A DNA stretch of 64,000 bases from a candidate division TA06 bacterium (GTDB taxonomy: Bacteria; Edwardsbacteria; AC1; EtOH8), in contig JACRJI010000012.1 of NCBI GenBank assembly GCA_016235665.1, forward strand, positions 218,543 through 282,542. The letters run 5' to 3'. This document shows, piece by piece, positions 1-11,723 of the stretch. Every line of letters starts with the position of its first letter. Position 1 is the stretch's first letter. The translations under genes were made by a program, and so were the position numbers. Under the pieces are notes generated by a model, which saw nothing but the letters and a program-made list of their open reading frames with translations, did no database searches and was not told the origin of the DNA.

Positions 1-2
1 AG

Positions 3-1988
<1,986 letters not shown>

Positions 1989-2005
1989 GGAGGTATCAAC
2001 CCGGC

Positions 2006-2401
2006 ATGAACAAAAAAGACCTGCAAAAGTACGAGGCCATCCTGCTGGACGAAAGGAAGCGCTTTATCACCGAGCTGGCTCAGATCAAAAGCGAGGGGCT
2101 GATGGCCAGTCAGAAGGAATCGTCCGGGGATCTTTCCTCGGCTTCCTACCACCCGGCCGACCAGGGCTCCGACACCATGGAAAAAGAAAAGAGCGTGTTC
2201 CTGGCCTCCAGCAAGGGCAACGAGCTGTACGAGATCGACCAGGCCCTGATGAGGGCCAAGGACGGCAAGTTCGGGATCTGCGATAGCTGCGGCAAAGAGG
2301 TTGATCCGGCCAGGCTGGAGGCCATGCCCTACGCCCGGTACTGCATCAAATGCAGCCGTCAGGCCGAACAGATCGTCAAGAACGGCAACAAGGAACAGTA
2401 A
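2006..2401 (+). CDS. TraR/DksA family C4 zinc-finger protein
   Basis: Coiled coil with HPADQGSD tip, CxxC...CxxC zinc finger (CDSC/CIKC) and RLEAMPYA motif; SD AAGGAGG upstream. Confidence 0.92.
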   Translation: MNKKDLQKYEAILLDERKRFITELAQIKSEGLMASQKESSGDLSSASYHPADQGSDTMEKEKSVFLASSKGNELYEIDQALMRAKDGKFGICDSCGKEVDPARLEAMPYARYCIKCSRQAEQIVKNGNKEQ

Positions 2402-2410
2402 GGGGCTTTT

Positions 2411-2974
2411 GTGACTGAAATACGACTGCGCAACCGCATTGTCATAATCGCGGTGACATTGGGTGTGTTTGTGCTGGACCGCTGGACCAAGCTTTTGGTG
2501 GAATCCCGTCTGGCCCTGGGGGAAAGCCATGAAGTATTGGGCAAGGTTCTGCAATTCACCCACATTACCAACAGCAACGGAGTGATGGGCATTTCCTTTG
2601 GCCCATTCAGCCGCTACCTGATGCTGCCCCTGTCGCTTCTGGCCATCACTGCCATACTATATTTTTACCTTCGCAGCCAGAGCCGGAGCCTATTGGCGGC
2701 ACTAGCCACCGGTTCCATCCTGGGCGGGGCGGCCGGCAACATGCTGGACAGGTTCCGCACCGGGGCGGTGACCGACTTCATAGACTGCGACATGCCGGAC
2801 ATCATCATTCACCCGTTCCAGGCGGGGATCCTCAAATTCCCGGGCTTTTACCTGGACCGCTGGTACACCTTCAACATAGCCGACAGCGCGGTGATGGTGG
2901 GAGTGGCCCTGATGATCGTCATTACCATAAAAGAAGAATACCGGGCTGGTGCCGGCCCAGCCGCAGATAAATGA
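2411..2974 (+). CDS. lspA: Lipoprotein signal peptidase II
   Basis: GTG start; DRWTK, NxG, GAAGNMLDR, VTDFI and FNIADS motifs; transmembrane segments. Confidence 0.95.
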   Translation: MTEIRLRNRIVIIAVTLGVFVLDRWTKLLVESRLALGESHEVLGKVLQFTHITNSNGVMGISFGPFSRYLMLPLSLLAITAILYFYLRSQSRSLLAALATGSILGGAAGNMLDRFRTGAVTDFIDCDMPDIIIHPFQAGILKFPGFYLDRWYTFNIADSAVMVGVALMIVITIKEEYRAGAGPAADK

Positions 2975-3193
2975 TGTAATATTTTGACTGATTTTTAATC
3001 TCACTAAGCCACAGAGAACACTAAGAGGTTATCCATACATATTATTTTTTTAGTCTGAAGACAGTTGACGGGAGAATCTTTTTACATTATTAATGATTTA
3101 CTAAAAATCTTTGTGTGCTTTGTGGCTCTGTATGAATAAAAGGCCCACCAGGCTTAAGAATTTTAAAGCAACAGATAAAACGTTTTTTCTACG

Positions 3194-5644
3194 ATGATAA
3201 AACTCCGGCGACATAGGCGGCGGCCCTTGGGGTACTGGCCGCTGTTTTTGTTTTTGGCAGCCTTCAGTCTGACGGCCGTTCCGGAGCCGCTGTGTGGCCA
3301 GATATCAGCGCCGCCGGCGGAAACAGGGGCCGCCGATTCGCTGCCGGGGGTATCAGATGTTTCTGCCTGGCCTGATTCTTCAAAATCCAAGAAAGACAGC
3401 AACATCAAAACTGTTTCCAACGAATGGGACCTGGCCAATGACGACACCACCAAAACCGCCATTCGTTATCTGGCAGACAAGATAGACTACCGGCTGGACC
3501 TGAGCCTGATCAACCTGACCGGAAAGGCCGAGGTGCGATACAAGGAGATAAAAGTTACCGGGGACAGCATCAGCCTGGACACCAAGAACCAGATGCTGAC
3601 CGTGGACAAAAGTCCGGTGCTGTACGACGGCAAGGAGCCCATCAGGGGCGACCGGATGGTCTATGATTTCAAGACCCGGCTGGGCTGGATATACAACGGC
3701 AACACCGATTTCAACAAGGGCCGCTACTGGGGGCGCCGGGTCCGTCAGGTGGACGACCGGGTGCTTAACATCGACTACGGCCGCTACACCACCTGTGACT
3801 GCGATACACCGCACTTTTACTTCTGGTCGCGGCAGATGAAGATCTATCTTAATGACAAGATCGTGGCCCAGCCGGTGCTCTTATGCTTCAAAGGGATCCC
3901 GGTGCTGGCCATCCCCTTCTGGTTCTTTCCCATGCGCAAGGAAAGGCATTCCGGCTTTTTGATGCCCCGGTTCGGCAGCAACAACTACGAGGGGGCATTC
4001 GTCAAGAACCTGGCCTATTATCAGGTGTTCAACGACCGATCTGACGCCACAGCTTCGGCTGACTTCCTGGAAAACATCGGTTGGCGGGGAAATTTTGAGG
4101 CCCGCTACATGATGCCGCCCAGGTTTACTTCCACTTTGAATTTTTCCTACCAGAATGACCGGAACACAGGCTACCAGCGCTGGAGCCTGAACGGATTATA
4201 CAGCCAGGTGCTGGGCAAGAGGACCTATCTCAACGGCAACGCCAATTTCGTCAGCGACCGCAACTATTACACCGATTTTTCTGAAAACCGCGCCGTCCGG
4301 ATGGACCGCAACCTGCATTCCTACCTGGCAGTCAACACCCCCTTGTCCAACATCGCCAGCCTGACCGGGGCGGTGGACCACGACAACAACCTGGAAACTG
4401 AGACCAAAAGCAGCCGATTGCCGGAAGTCACCGTCAGCCTTTACCGCAAGGATATCATCAAGGGCTTGCTGGGATTCTCAGGAACCTCCCACTTTCTGGC
4501 TACGGACAAGAGGGATACGCTGATGACCGAAAAACACCAAGGCTGGGAGAATAACATCAATTTGGATGCCACCTTCAATGTTTTACGCTGGATAAACCTG
4601 AACCCCAACGCAAAAGTATCCGGCACCTGGTATGATCGTGACACCAGCCAGAACCGCAACTCCCTGCGCTGGCTTTACGGCGGCGGAATAGGCGCCAGTA
4701 CCACCATTTACGGCCTGCTGGAATTCGGGAACCGCAAGCTCAAGGCTCTGCGTCATGTGGTAAAACCCCAGGCCTCATTTTCCTACACCCCCAAGATAGA
4801 CCAGGGCAGGTTCTATGGCTTTTTGGGCAGTGGACAGAGTGAAAGCAGAAACATGGGTTATAGACTGGAACAGCAGTTCCAAGCCAAGATTAAAAAAGAC
4901 ACCACGGAACGGAAGATAGACCTGCTGATCATATACTCGAACACCAGTTATAATTTCCTGGCTACAGGTGAAAAGTGGAGCGAACTTTCCAGCGATGTTC
5001 AATTATTGCCCAATCTAAGCCCATTGAATTGCCGGTTTTCCTGGGTTTACAACTTTTATCAGAAGAGGAACCAATCCGCCAGGTTGGACATGAGTTACGG
5101 TATTTCCGGCAAATGGCTGGGCTGGCTGGAGCCCAAGGACTCGGCCCTGGTTTTAGCAGATTCAACGGATTCCATCGCCGCCGGAATGCAAACCGATACT
5201 TTGACCAAAGCTGCCGTCTTACCGGCTGATACCCTGTCTGCTGACAGTCTGACAATACAAGGCAGCGACAGTTTGGGGGCTAAGCCGGATACCACCGCCA
5301 TCCCAGTCCCGAAACCAGCCAAGGGACTGCCCTGGTCAATCAATTTTGGTTTCGGCCAGAACTGGCTTAAAAACATGGGGGTTACCGGTTCTGACTTGAA
5401 CGGTTCGGTCAATTTCAACCTGACCAGGAACTGGAACGTCAGTTACCACCGTTACTATAACATAAAAACCGGGGAGATGATCACCCAGGACTATTCATTG
5501 TTCCGGGATCTGCATTGCTGGGAGGCCAGGTTTTCCAGCAGCAAGAGCCGGGATAACTGGTCCTACGCCTTCATCATCAGGTTGAAGGCCATACCCGAGG
5601 TCAAGGTGGAGACCAAGTCGGGCCGAGTGGTGGGGTACCAATAA
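3194..5644 (+). CDS. lptD: LPS-assembly protein LptD-like outer-membrane protein
   Basis: Signal peptide, OstA-like N-domain, YTTCDCDTPHF motif, GFLMP motif, long aromatic beta-barrel and DLHCWE near the C-terminus. Confidence 0.85.
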   Translation: MIKLRRHRRRPLGYWPLFLFLAAFSLTAVPEPLCGQISAPPAETGAADSLPGVSDVSAWPDSSKSKKDSNIKTVSNEWDLANDDTTKTAIRYLADKIDYRLDLSLINLTGKAEVRYKEIKVTGDSISLDTKNQMLTVDKSPVLYDGKEPIRGDRMVYDFKTRLGWIYNGNTDFNKGRYWGRRVRQVDDRVLNIDYGRYTTCDCDTPHFYFWSRQMKIYLNDKIVAQPVLLCFKGIPVLAIPFWFFPMRKERHSGFLMPRFGSNNYEGAFVKNLAYYQVFNDRSDATASADFLENIGWRGNFEARYMMPPRFTSTLNFSYQNDRNTGYQRWSLNGLYSQVLGKRTYLNGNANFVSDRNYYTDFSENRAVRMDRNLHSYLAVNTPLSNIASLTGAVDHDNNLETETKSSRLPEVTVSLYRKDIIKGLLGFSGTSHFLATDKRDTLMTEKHQGWENNINLDATFNVLRWINLNPNAKVSGTWYDRDTSQNRNSLRWLYGGGIGASTTIYGLLEFGNRKLKALRHVVKPQASFSYTPKIDQGRFYGFLGSGQSESRNMGYRLEQQFQAKIKKDTTERKIDLLIIYSNTSYNFLATGEKWSELSSDVQLLPNLSPLNCRFSWVYNFYQKRNQSARLDMSYGISGKWLGWLEPKDSALVLADSTDSIAAGMQTDTLTKAAVLPADTLSADSLTIQGSDSLGAKPDTTAIPVPKPAKGLPWSINFGFGQNWLKNMGVTGSDLNGSVNFNLTRNWNVSYHRYYNIKTGEMITQDYSLFRDLHCWEARFSSSKSRDNWSYAFIIRLKAIPEVKVETKSGRVVGYQ

Positions 5645-5660
5645 ACACAGCAGATTTCGC

Positions 5661-5690
5661 TTGACAAACGTTACATTTTTATGTTATCTT
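5661..5690 (+). promoter_or_regulatory. sigma70-type promoter of the M23 gene
   Basis: TTGACA (5661-5666), 18 bp, TG-extended TATCTT (5685-5690). Confidence 0.55.
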
Positions 5691-5748
5691 TATACTGGGA
5701 CTGAAGCCTATTCAGGTTTTGGCAATCTTTTCTATTTAACAGATATTT

Positions 5749-6672
5749 ATGGCCATCAAGGACAAGACATATTTAACCCTGATAATAGTACCGCATCAAA
5801 GCGGCCGGACCGTCACTTTAAGGCTGCCCACCTGGGCCGCCAAGACACTGGCTGTTTTAGCCGTTTTCATCCTATTGGGCCTGGCGCTAGTGACCACCGG
5901 CTATGTCAACAAAGTAGTAGACGTCTCTATGCTGCAGACCCTGAAACTGGAGAACCGGATACTGCGTGATAAGGTTTCTGAATTCGGAAAAACCCTGGCC
6001 GGACTGCAGGGCCAGATCAATGATTTCGTCAGCTTCGATTCCAAGGTTCGGATGATGACAGGTCTGTCTCCCATTGACCCGGATGTCCGGAGGGTGGGTG
6101 TGGGCGGTTTGGCTCCGGCTCCATTGCCCGAGGGGATCACCCCCGGCACCGCCGCCAGCCTGCAGACAGTACAGCAGGACCTGGAGAAGCTGGACCGGGA
6201 AGCCCGCCTGCAGCTGGAAAGTTTTGAGGCCATTGTTTCCGCCTTAAGCGAAAAACAGGAGATGTGGAACCACCTTCCCTCGATCCAGCCTACTCCGGGA
6301 TGGATCATCAGCACCTTCGGCGTGCGGCGCGATCCGCTGGTGGGCGAGCTGCGGATGCACGAGGGGATAGACATCTCCGGTCCAGACGGAACCATCATTG
6401 CGGCCCCGGCCGCCGGGTCGGTCAAGTTCGTGGGCTACCGCAACAACTACGGCCTTTGTCTGGAACTGGACCACGGATACGGGATATCCACCAGGTATGC
6501 CCACTGCTCACTCATCAAAGTATCGGTGGGGCAGAATGTGAGCCGGGGCCAGGTAGTGGCTCTGGTGGGCCAGACCGGCCGGGTGACCGGGCCCCATCTG
6601 CATTACGAAGTGATGGTCAACGGACAGCCCAAAGATCCCGGCAGCTATATCCTGGCCGCCCGGATGTTTTGA
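5749..6672 (+). CDS. M23 family metallopeptidase with N-terminal TM and coiled coil
   Basis: HEGID and HLHYE zinc motifs. Confidence 0.93.
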   Translation: MAIKDKTYLTLIIVPHQSGRTVTLRLPTWAAKTLAVLAVFILLGLALVTTGYVNKVVDVSMLQTLKLENRILRDKVSEFGKTLAGLQGQINDFVSFDSKVRMMTGLSPIDPDVRRVGVGGLAPAPLPEGITPGTAASLQTVQQDLEKLDREARLQLESFEAIVSALSEKQEMWNHLPSIQPTPGWIISTFGVRRDPLVGELRMHEGIDISGPDGTIIAAPAAGSVKFVGYRNNYGLCLELDHGYGISTRYAHCSLIKVSVGQNVSRGQVVALVGQTGRVTGPHLHYEVMVNGQPKDPGSYILAARMF

Positions 6673-6794
6673 TACTGTTTGTCCCAGGTATTTTTTCCCA
6701 GTTCATTTTATGGTATAATGGACTGGGTTTTTTTATGGCCGGGACACCTTACCACTGAAACACGGAATAAAAGAAATAATTATCAGGTTATCAG

Positions 6795-7820
6795 ATGCGA
6801 GCATTAAAAACATTCATTCTTCTAACTTTCACCATATTCTTACCGGCATGGGCGCAGAGAGATTCTGGAACTGTTTCAATTTTGGCGGTGGGTGATGTGA
6901 TGACCGGCGGGAGCATGGCGCCCTGGGCCAACGATAGCGGGCCGGATTATCCCTTCGCCAACACCGGTTCCCTGATCCGCCAGGCAGACATCGCCGTCTG
7001 CAACCTGGAGGCGCCCTACGGCACCAAGGGAAAAGCTTTTAACAAGAAGTTCACCTTCCTGGTCCCGCCCCGGCTGGCCGCCGGCATAAAGGAAGCCGGT
7101 TTTGACGTGGTGGCCCTGGCCAACAACCATATGATGGACTATGGCCCGGAGCCGCTTAAAGCCACCATGGTCTTGTTGGATTCATTAGGCATAGCTCATA
7201 GCGGCGCGGGGATGACACTGGCCGAGGCTCGGAAACCCGCCATTGTGGAAAGAAACGGGATCAAAGTGGCTTTTCTTTCCTATTCCCGGGTGCACCCCAC
7301 CCAGTTTTGGGCTACAGCCAAGAGGGCCGGGACCGCTCCGGCTTATGAGAACCAGATAAAAGAGGACATCCAAAGTTCCCAGGAACTGGCGGACATCGTT
7401 GTCGTTTCCTTTCACTGGGGGGCGGAGTTGATGGACACAGCCAAGCTTTACCAAAGGACCCTGGCGCATTTTTGCATCGATAACGGGGCGGACCTGGTGC
7501 TGGGGCACCATCCCCATATCCTGCAGGGGCTGGAGCTATACAAGGGAAAGCTGATCGCCTACAGCTTGGGGAATTTCGCCTTTGGTTCCCGCAGCCGGAA
7601 ATGCACCGAGAGCGTGATCTTGAAAACAAACTTTTATCCCACCGGCCTGAAACGGATTGAGCTAATACCCTTGTGCGTGGACAACAATAAAGTGTTCTTT
7701 AAACCCACGCCGTTGAAGGGGCCGGAAGGATTGGCCGTGCTGTCAAACCTGTCCCGGCTTTCCAGGGATCTGGGGTTTGAGTTTGTGCCCAGTGACAGCA
7801 CTGCAGTGGTGGAGTTCTAA
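6795..7820 (+). CDS. CapA family (poly-gamma-glutamate synthesis-like) metallophosphatase-fold protein
   Basis: GDVM, NLE, ANNH, HWG, GHHPH and YSLGNF motifs; signal peptide. Confidence 0.92.
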   Translation: MRALKTFILLTFTIFLPAWAQRDSGTVSILAVGDVMTGGSMAPWANDSGPDYPFANTGSLIRQADIAVCNLEAPYGTKGKAFNKKFTFLVPPRLAAGIKEAGFDVVALANNHMMDYGPEPLKATMVLLDSLGIAHSGAGMTLAEARKPAIVERNGIKVAFLSYSRVHPTQFWATAKRAGTAPAYENQIKEDIQSSQELADIVVVSFHWGAELMDTAKLYQRTLAHFCIDNGADLVLGHHPHILQGLELYKGKLIAYSLGNFAFGSRSRKCTESVILKTNFYPTGLKRIELIPLCVDNNKVFFKPTPLKGPEGLAVLSNLSRLSRDLGFEFVPSDSTAVVEF

Positions 7821-7928
7821 GATCTTTTATCCTTGATTTTGGGGCTGTTTGATGCTAAAATGAAAATCCAATATCTGAAAAAACCAAAAAACCAAAATAA
7901 TCATATAAACCACACGAGGTCAAACCAA

Positions 7929-8312
7929 ATGAAGTATCTCAAGACCAGTCCGGCCAAATGCAAAGGGGTGCGGGCCTGCGAGAAGATATGCTCCAAGACC
8001 TTCTTCAAGACCGAGGATCCCGCCAAGTCGGCCATCCAGGTCAAGGAAGCGGACGGAAAGTTCGAGATCAATGTCTGCAACCAGTGCGGGGAGTGCATGC
8101 CGGTCTGCCCGGTGGTGGCCCTCAAGCGCAACAAGCAAGGGGTGGTGATGCTGGATAAAAAGCTTTGCGTGGGCTGCCTGATGTGTGTGGGCTACTGCCC
8201 CACCCTTTCTATGCGCACCCATCCCGAGCTGAGGGAGCCCTTCAAGTGCGTGGCCTGCGGGGCCTGTGTCAAGGCCTGCCCCGAGAAGGCGCTGGAGATA
8301 GCGGAGAAATAA
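7929..8312 (+). CDS. 4Fe-4S multicluster ferredoxin-like subunit, likely AOR partner
   Basis: Three complete CxxCxxCxxxC motifs plus one with a Cys to Val change. Start placed at ATG 7929 rather than the track's 7833. Confidence 0.88.
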   Translation: MKYLKTSPAKCKGVRACEKICSKTFFKTEDPAKSAIQVKEADGKFEINVCNQCGECMPVCPVVALKRNKQGVVMLDKKLCVGCLMCVGYCPTLSMRTHPELREPFKCVACGACVKACPEKALEIAEK

Positions 8313-8322
8313 TCTTATAAAC

Positions 8323-8384
8323 GTAAGGGCACGATGCATCGTGCCCCAACCGATAGTAAGGGCGGGTTTTAAACCCGCCCCAAT
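8323..8384. repeat. Pair of REP-like palindromes
   Basis: GTAA-GGGCACGATGCATCGTGCCC (20-bp perfect palindrome, 8327-8346) and GTAA-GGGCGGGTTT-T-AAACCCGCCC (8360-8380). Confidence 0.8.
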
Positions 8385-8395
8385 CAGGAGAAAAA

Positions 8396-10597
8396 ATGGA
8401 AGAGAACAAGGTCTTTGAATATACCAGGTACACCCAGGACATCGAGGCGATGAAGGCGGCCCATAAAGTGCTGGCCGAATATACTTTTACCCCCAGCCTG
8501 CCCCAAAGGGGCTACAACAACCGCTCCCTGCATGTCGATCTGAGCACTTTCAAGATCACCGAAAAGAAGATCGATGAAAAGATGAAAGAGGTGTTCACCG
8601 GCGGGAGGGGTTTTGGCCTGAAATACCTGTGGGACGCCATCAAGCCCGACACCAAGTGGAACGACCCGGAGAACGACATCATCATCTCCCCCGGTCCCAT
8701 CTGCGGCATCACCCAGTACCCGGGGGCCGGCAAGTCGCTGGTGGTCACCCTGTCGCCTATCACCAACATCCCCATCGATTCCAATGTGGGCGGATATTTC
8801 GGCCCGCTGATGAAGTTCTCAGGCTTCGACGCACTGGAGATCCAGGGCAAGGCCAAAGAGGACGTGATCGTGGTGCTGGATGGGGTCAAGGGCAAAGTGA
8901 CCATCGAGACCGCGCCCAAAGAGTCGCTGGATTCCCACATCGCGGCCGAGCAGTTCACCCACCAGTACGCCGCAGATGAGGCCGACCTGCGCAACGTCTC
9001 GGTGGTAAGCTCCGGGGCCGCCGCCGCCCACAGCCTGATCGGCTGCCTCAACTTCAGCTATTACGACGTGCGGCGCAAGGTGACCCGGCTTAAGCAGGCC
9101 GGCCGGGGCGGCATCGGCACGGTGTTTAGGGACAAGAAGATAAAGGCCCTGATCGTCCACGGGCCACAGGTGAAGGGCGACATGAACCATCCGGCCGACC
9201 TGGGACGGATCCAGCGGGCCGGGGTCCGCCTGCACAGGGAGATGCACGACTTCGACGACAAGATGTGCGGGATGCGCAAGGTGGGCACCACCAATATCGT
9301 CGGCGTGATGAACTCCTACGACCTGCTGCCGGTGATGAACTTCCAGTACGGCAGCCATGTGGACGCCCCCAAGATAGACAAGACCACCTGGATCAAGCAG
9401 TTCACCCAGGGCATCCCGGACGGCTGCTGGTACGGCTGTTCCATGGCCTGCGCCCACGGGGTGGACGAGTTCGCCCTGCGCACCGGACCCTATAAGGGTC
9501 ATAAAGTGGTGGTGGACGGGCCGGAATACGAGACCGCGGCCGGCTGCGGCTCCAACTGCGGGATCTTCGATCCGTTATGGGTGATAGAATGCAACTTCTA
9601 CTGCGACACCTACGGCATAGACACCATCAGCTTCGGCACCATCACCGGCTTCGTGATGGAGTGCTGGCAGAGGGGCATCCTTACGCCTGAGCGCACCGGG
9701 GGGCTGGACCTAAGCTGGGGCAACGGGGAATCGCAATTGGAACTGATGCACCAGATGGCCCGGGGCGAGGGTTTCGGCCTGATCGCCGGGCAGGGGGTGC
9801 AGCGGATGAAGCGGATATTCGCCGATAAGGGCTGGGGAGACTTCGCCTTTCTTACGGACATCGGGCTGGAGGGCAAGGGGCTGGAGCAGTCGGAATACAT
9901 GTCAAAAGAGTCGCTGGCCCAGCAGGGCGGCTACTATCTCACCAACAAGGGCCCCCAACACGACGAGGCCTGGGTGATCTTCATGGACATGGTCAACAAC
10001 CAGATCCCCAGCTTTGAGGACAAGGCAGAGGCCCTGTACTATTTCCCGATGTTCCGCACCTGGTTCGGGCTGAACGGCCTGTGCAAGCTGCCCTGGAACG
10101 ACATCGAGCCCGGGGACAACCGCACCAAGAACGCCCCCATGGACGCGGCCAAGGTGCCGGAACACGTCCAGAACTACGTTGACCTTTTCTCCGGGGTCAC
10201 CGGCCGCGAGATCACCAAGGAGGAGATCATCAAGATGTCGGAGCGGGTCTACCAGTTCCAGCGGGTTTTCGACCTGAGAATGGGCAAGGGGGTCAGAAAA
10301 TACGACCAGCCGCCCTACCGGGCCATGGGGCCGGTCACCAAAGAGGAATACGATTCCCGCCAGGAGCGCTATGACAAGCAGCTGAAGGACTGGATGCAGA
10401 TAGACCCGGCCGGAAAATCCACCGAGGAGAAGATGGCCCTGCACCGCAAGTACCGGGAGGACCGCTACCAGAAACTGGTGGAGGCGGTCTACAAGCGCCG
10501 GGGCTGGACCGCCGACGGGGTCCCCACCCTGGAGACCCTGAAGCGTAACGGGATAGATTTTCCCGATGTGGTGGAAGTGGTGGCCAAGCACCAGTAG
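8396..10597 (+). CDS. aor: Aldehyde:ferredoxin oxidoreductase (tungstopterin AOR family)
   Basis: GGRG, SPIT..DSNVGG, QAGRGGIGTVF, GCxxxCxxAC, GPEYET, YGIDTIS and C-terminal RGW...GVPT motifs. Confidence 0.92.
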   Translation: MEENKVFEYTRYTQDIEAMKAAHKVLAEYTFTPSLPQRGYNNRSLHVDLSTFKITEKKIDEKMKEVFTGGRGFGLKYLWDAIKPDTKWNDPENDIIISPGPICGITQYPGAGKSLVVTLSPITNIPIDSNVGGYFGPLMKFSGFDALEIQGKAKEDVIVVLDGVKGKVTIETAPKESLDSHIAAEQFTHQYAADEADLRNVSVVSSGAAAAHSLIGCLNFSYYDVRRKVTRLKQAGRGGIGTVFRDKKIKALIVHGPQVKGDMNHPADLGRIQRAGVRLHREMHDFDDKMCGMRKVGTTNIVGVMNSYDLLPVMNFQYGSHVDAPKIDKTTWIKQFTQGIPDGCWYGCSMACAHGVDEFALRTGPYKGHKVVVDGPEYETAAGCGSNCGIFDPLWVIECNFYCDTYGIDTISFGTITGFVMECWQRGILTPERTGGLDLSWGNGESQLELMHQMARGEGFGLIAGQGVQRMKRIFADKGWGDFAFLTDIGLEGKGLEQSEYMSKESLAQQGGYYLTNKGPQHDEAWVIFMDMVNNQIPSFEDKAEALYYFPMFRTWFGLNGLCKLPWNDIEPGDNRTKNAPMDAAKVPEHVQNYVDLFSGVTGREITKEEIIKMSERVYQFQRVFDLRMGKGVRKYDQPPYRAMGPVTKEEYDSRQERYDKQLKDWMQIDPAGKSTEEKMALHRKYREDRYQKLVEAVYKRRGWTADGVPTLETLKRNGIDFPDVVEVVAKHQ

Positions 10598-10598
10598 G

Positions 10599-10688
10599 CA
10601 AAATTCAAATTGCAAAATGTAAATTTAAAAATCAAAGGGCAACGAGCAATATTTTGCAATATGACATTTGCATTTAAAAATTTGCAAT
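10599..10688. repeat. Heptamer-periodic AT-rich inverted-repeat element
   Basis: CAAAATT CAAATTG CAAAATG TAAATTT AAAAATC followed by roughly complementary ATTTTGCAAT...CATTTGCATTT...TTTGCAAT. Confidence 0.6.
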
Positions 10689-10689
10689 C

Positions 10690-11142
10690 ATGCGGTTAGT
10701 CATCCAACGGGTCTCATCCGCCAGCGTGTCGGTCGATGGCGCAGTGATCGGGAAGATCGGCAAGGGCCTCTGTATCCTCTGCGGGTTCACCCACGGGGAC
10801 ACCGAGTCGACCGCGGAGCAGATGGCCGCCAAGTGCCTAAATCTGAGGATCTTCGAGGACGGCGAGGGCAAGATGAACCTGTCGCTGGCAGACATCAAGG
10901 GTGCGGTGCTGGTTGTCTCCCAGTTCACCCTGTACGCCGACTGCAAAAAGGGGAGGAGGCCGTCCTTCACCAACTCGGCTGACCCAGATAAAGCTGAAAA
11001 GCTTTATGAAAAATTCGTGGAAATACTCAAAAACTCAGGTACCGAGGTTCAGACCGGAAGCTTTGGGGCCAAGATGATGGTCGAGATCCAGAACGACGGG
11101 CCGGTGACCATTATGCTGGACTCAGACGATCTGGGCCTGTAA
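10690..11142 (+). CDS. dtd: D-aminoacyl-tRNA deacylase
   Basis: [19 protein letters not shown] and NDGPVT motifs. Confidence 0.97.
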   Translation: MRLVIQRVSSASVSVDGAVIGKIGKGLCILCGFTHGDTESTAEQMAAKCLNLRIFEDGEGKMNLSLADIKGAVLVVSQFTLYADCKKGRRPSFTNSADPDKAEKLYEKFVEILKNSGTEVQTGSFGAKMMVEIQNDGPVTIMLDSDDLGL

Positions 11143-11156
11143 GGTTCTATTTACAG

Positions 11157-11186
11157 TTGACTTACGGGTCATAAATAGGGTATAAT
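11157..11186 (+). promoter_or_regulatory. sigma70 promoter of rpsO
   Basis: TTGACT (11157-11162), 18 bp, TATAAT (11181-11186). Confidence 0.7.
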
Positions 11187-11272
11187 TACAGGTCATTTAA
11201 CCCTGCCCTGCCTGCCCCTCTTCGCAGGTTGCGGCGTATCAAAAACAACCCATTTTAGGAGACGGAAAGACC

Positions 11273-11542
11273 ATGCCTTTGCAAAAGGAAAAGAAGCAGG
11301 AAGTGATCACAGTCCACAAGAAGCACGAGAGCGACACCGGGAGCCCCGAGGTCCAGATCGCCCTGCTGACCGAGCGGATCAACCAGCTGACCGGGCACCT
11401 CAAGGCCAACAAGAAGGATCATGCCTCGCGGCGCGGGCTGCTGATGATGGTGGGCCGCCGGCGGAGACTTTTGGATTATCTTCTCAAACGTCATGCTGCA
11501 CGCTACCGGGCCATCGTGGAAAAATTAGACTTAAGGAAGTAA
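11273..11542 (+). CDS. rpsO: 30S ribosomal protein S15
   Basis: 89 aa; [23 protein letters not shown] motifs. Confidence 0.98.
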   Translation: MPLQKEKKQEVITVHKKHESDTGSPEVQIALLTERINQLTGHLKANKKDHASRRGLLMMVGRRRRLLDYLLKRHAARYRAIVEKLDLRK

Positions 11543-11603
11543 AATCCGCTTGCGCTTAATGATTGTCTTCTTCAAGCGCCATAGCTTCAGCGGAGGCACT
11601 TTG

Positions 11604-11633
11604 AGGGGCGATTTTACGGTTAAAATCGCCCCT
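11604..11633 (+). other. Perfect 13-bp hairpin in the rpsO-pnp spacer (terminator or RNase III-type processing stem)
   Basis: AGGGGCGATTTTA-CGGT-TAAAATCGCCCCT. Confidence 0.6.
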
Positions 11634-11723
11634 TGTCATTAACCTAACCGGAACAATTCCTCCCGGACAAAAAAGCCGGGAGAAGCCCAGACTCAAGGAG
11701 CCTGGGACAAAAAAGGAGGTTTT

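Noticed and set aside
7840-7860. GG-N10-GC spacing upstream of the ferredoxin-aor operon as a sigma54 promoter
   Set aside because: Flanking bases (TGGGGCTG) match the TGGCAC consensus poorly; likely chance.
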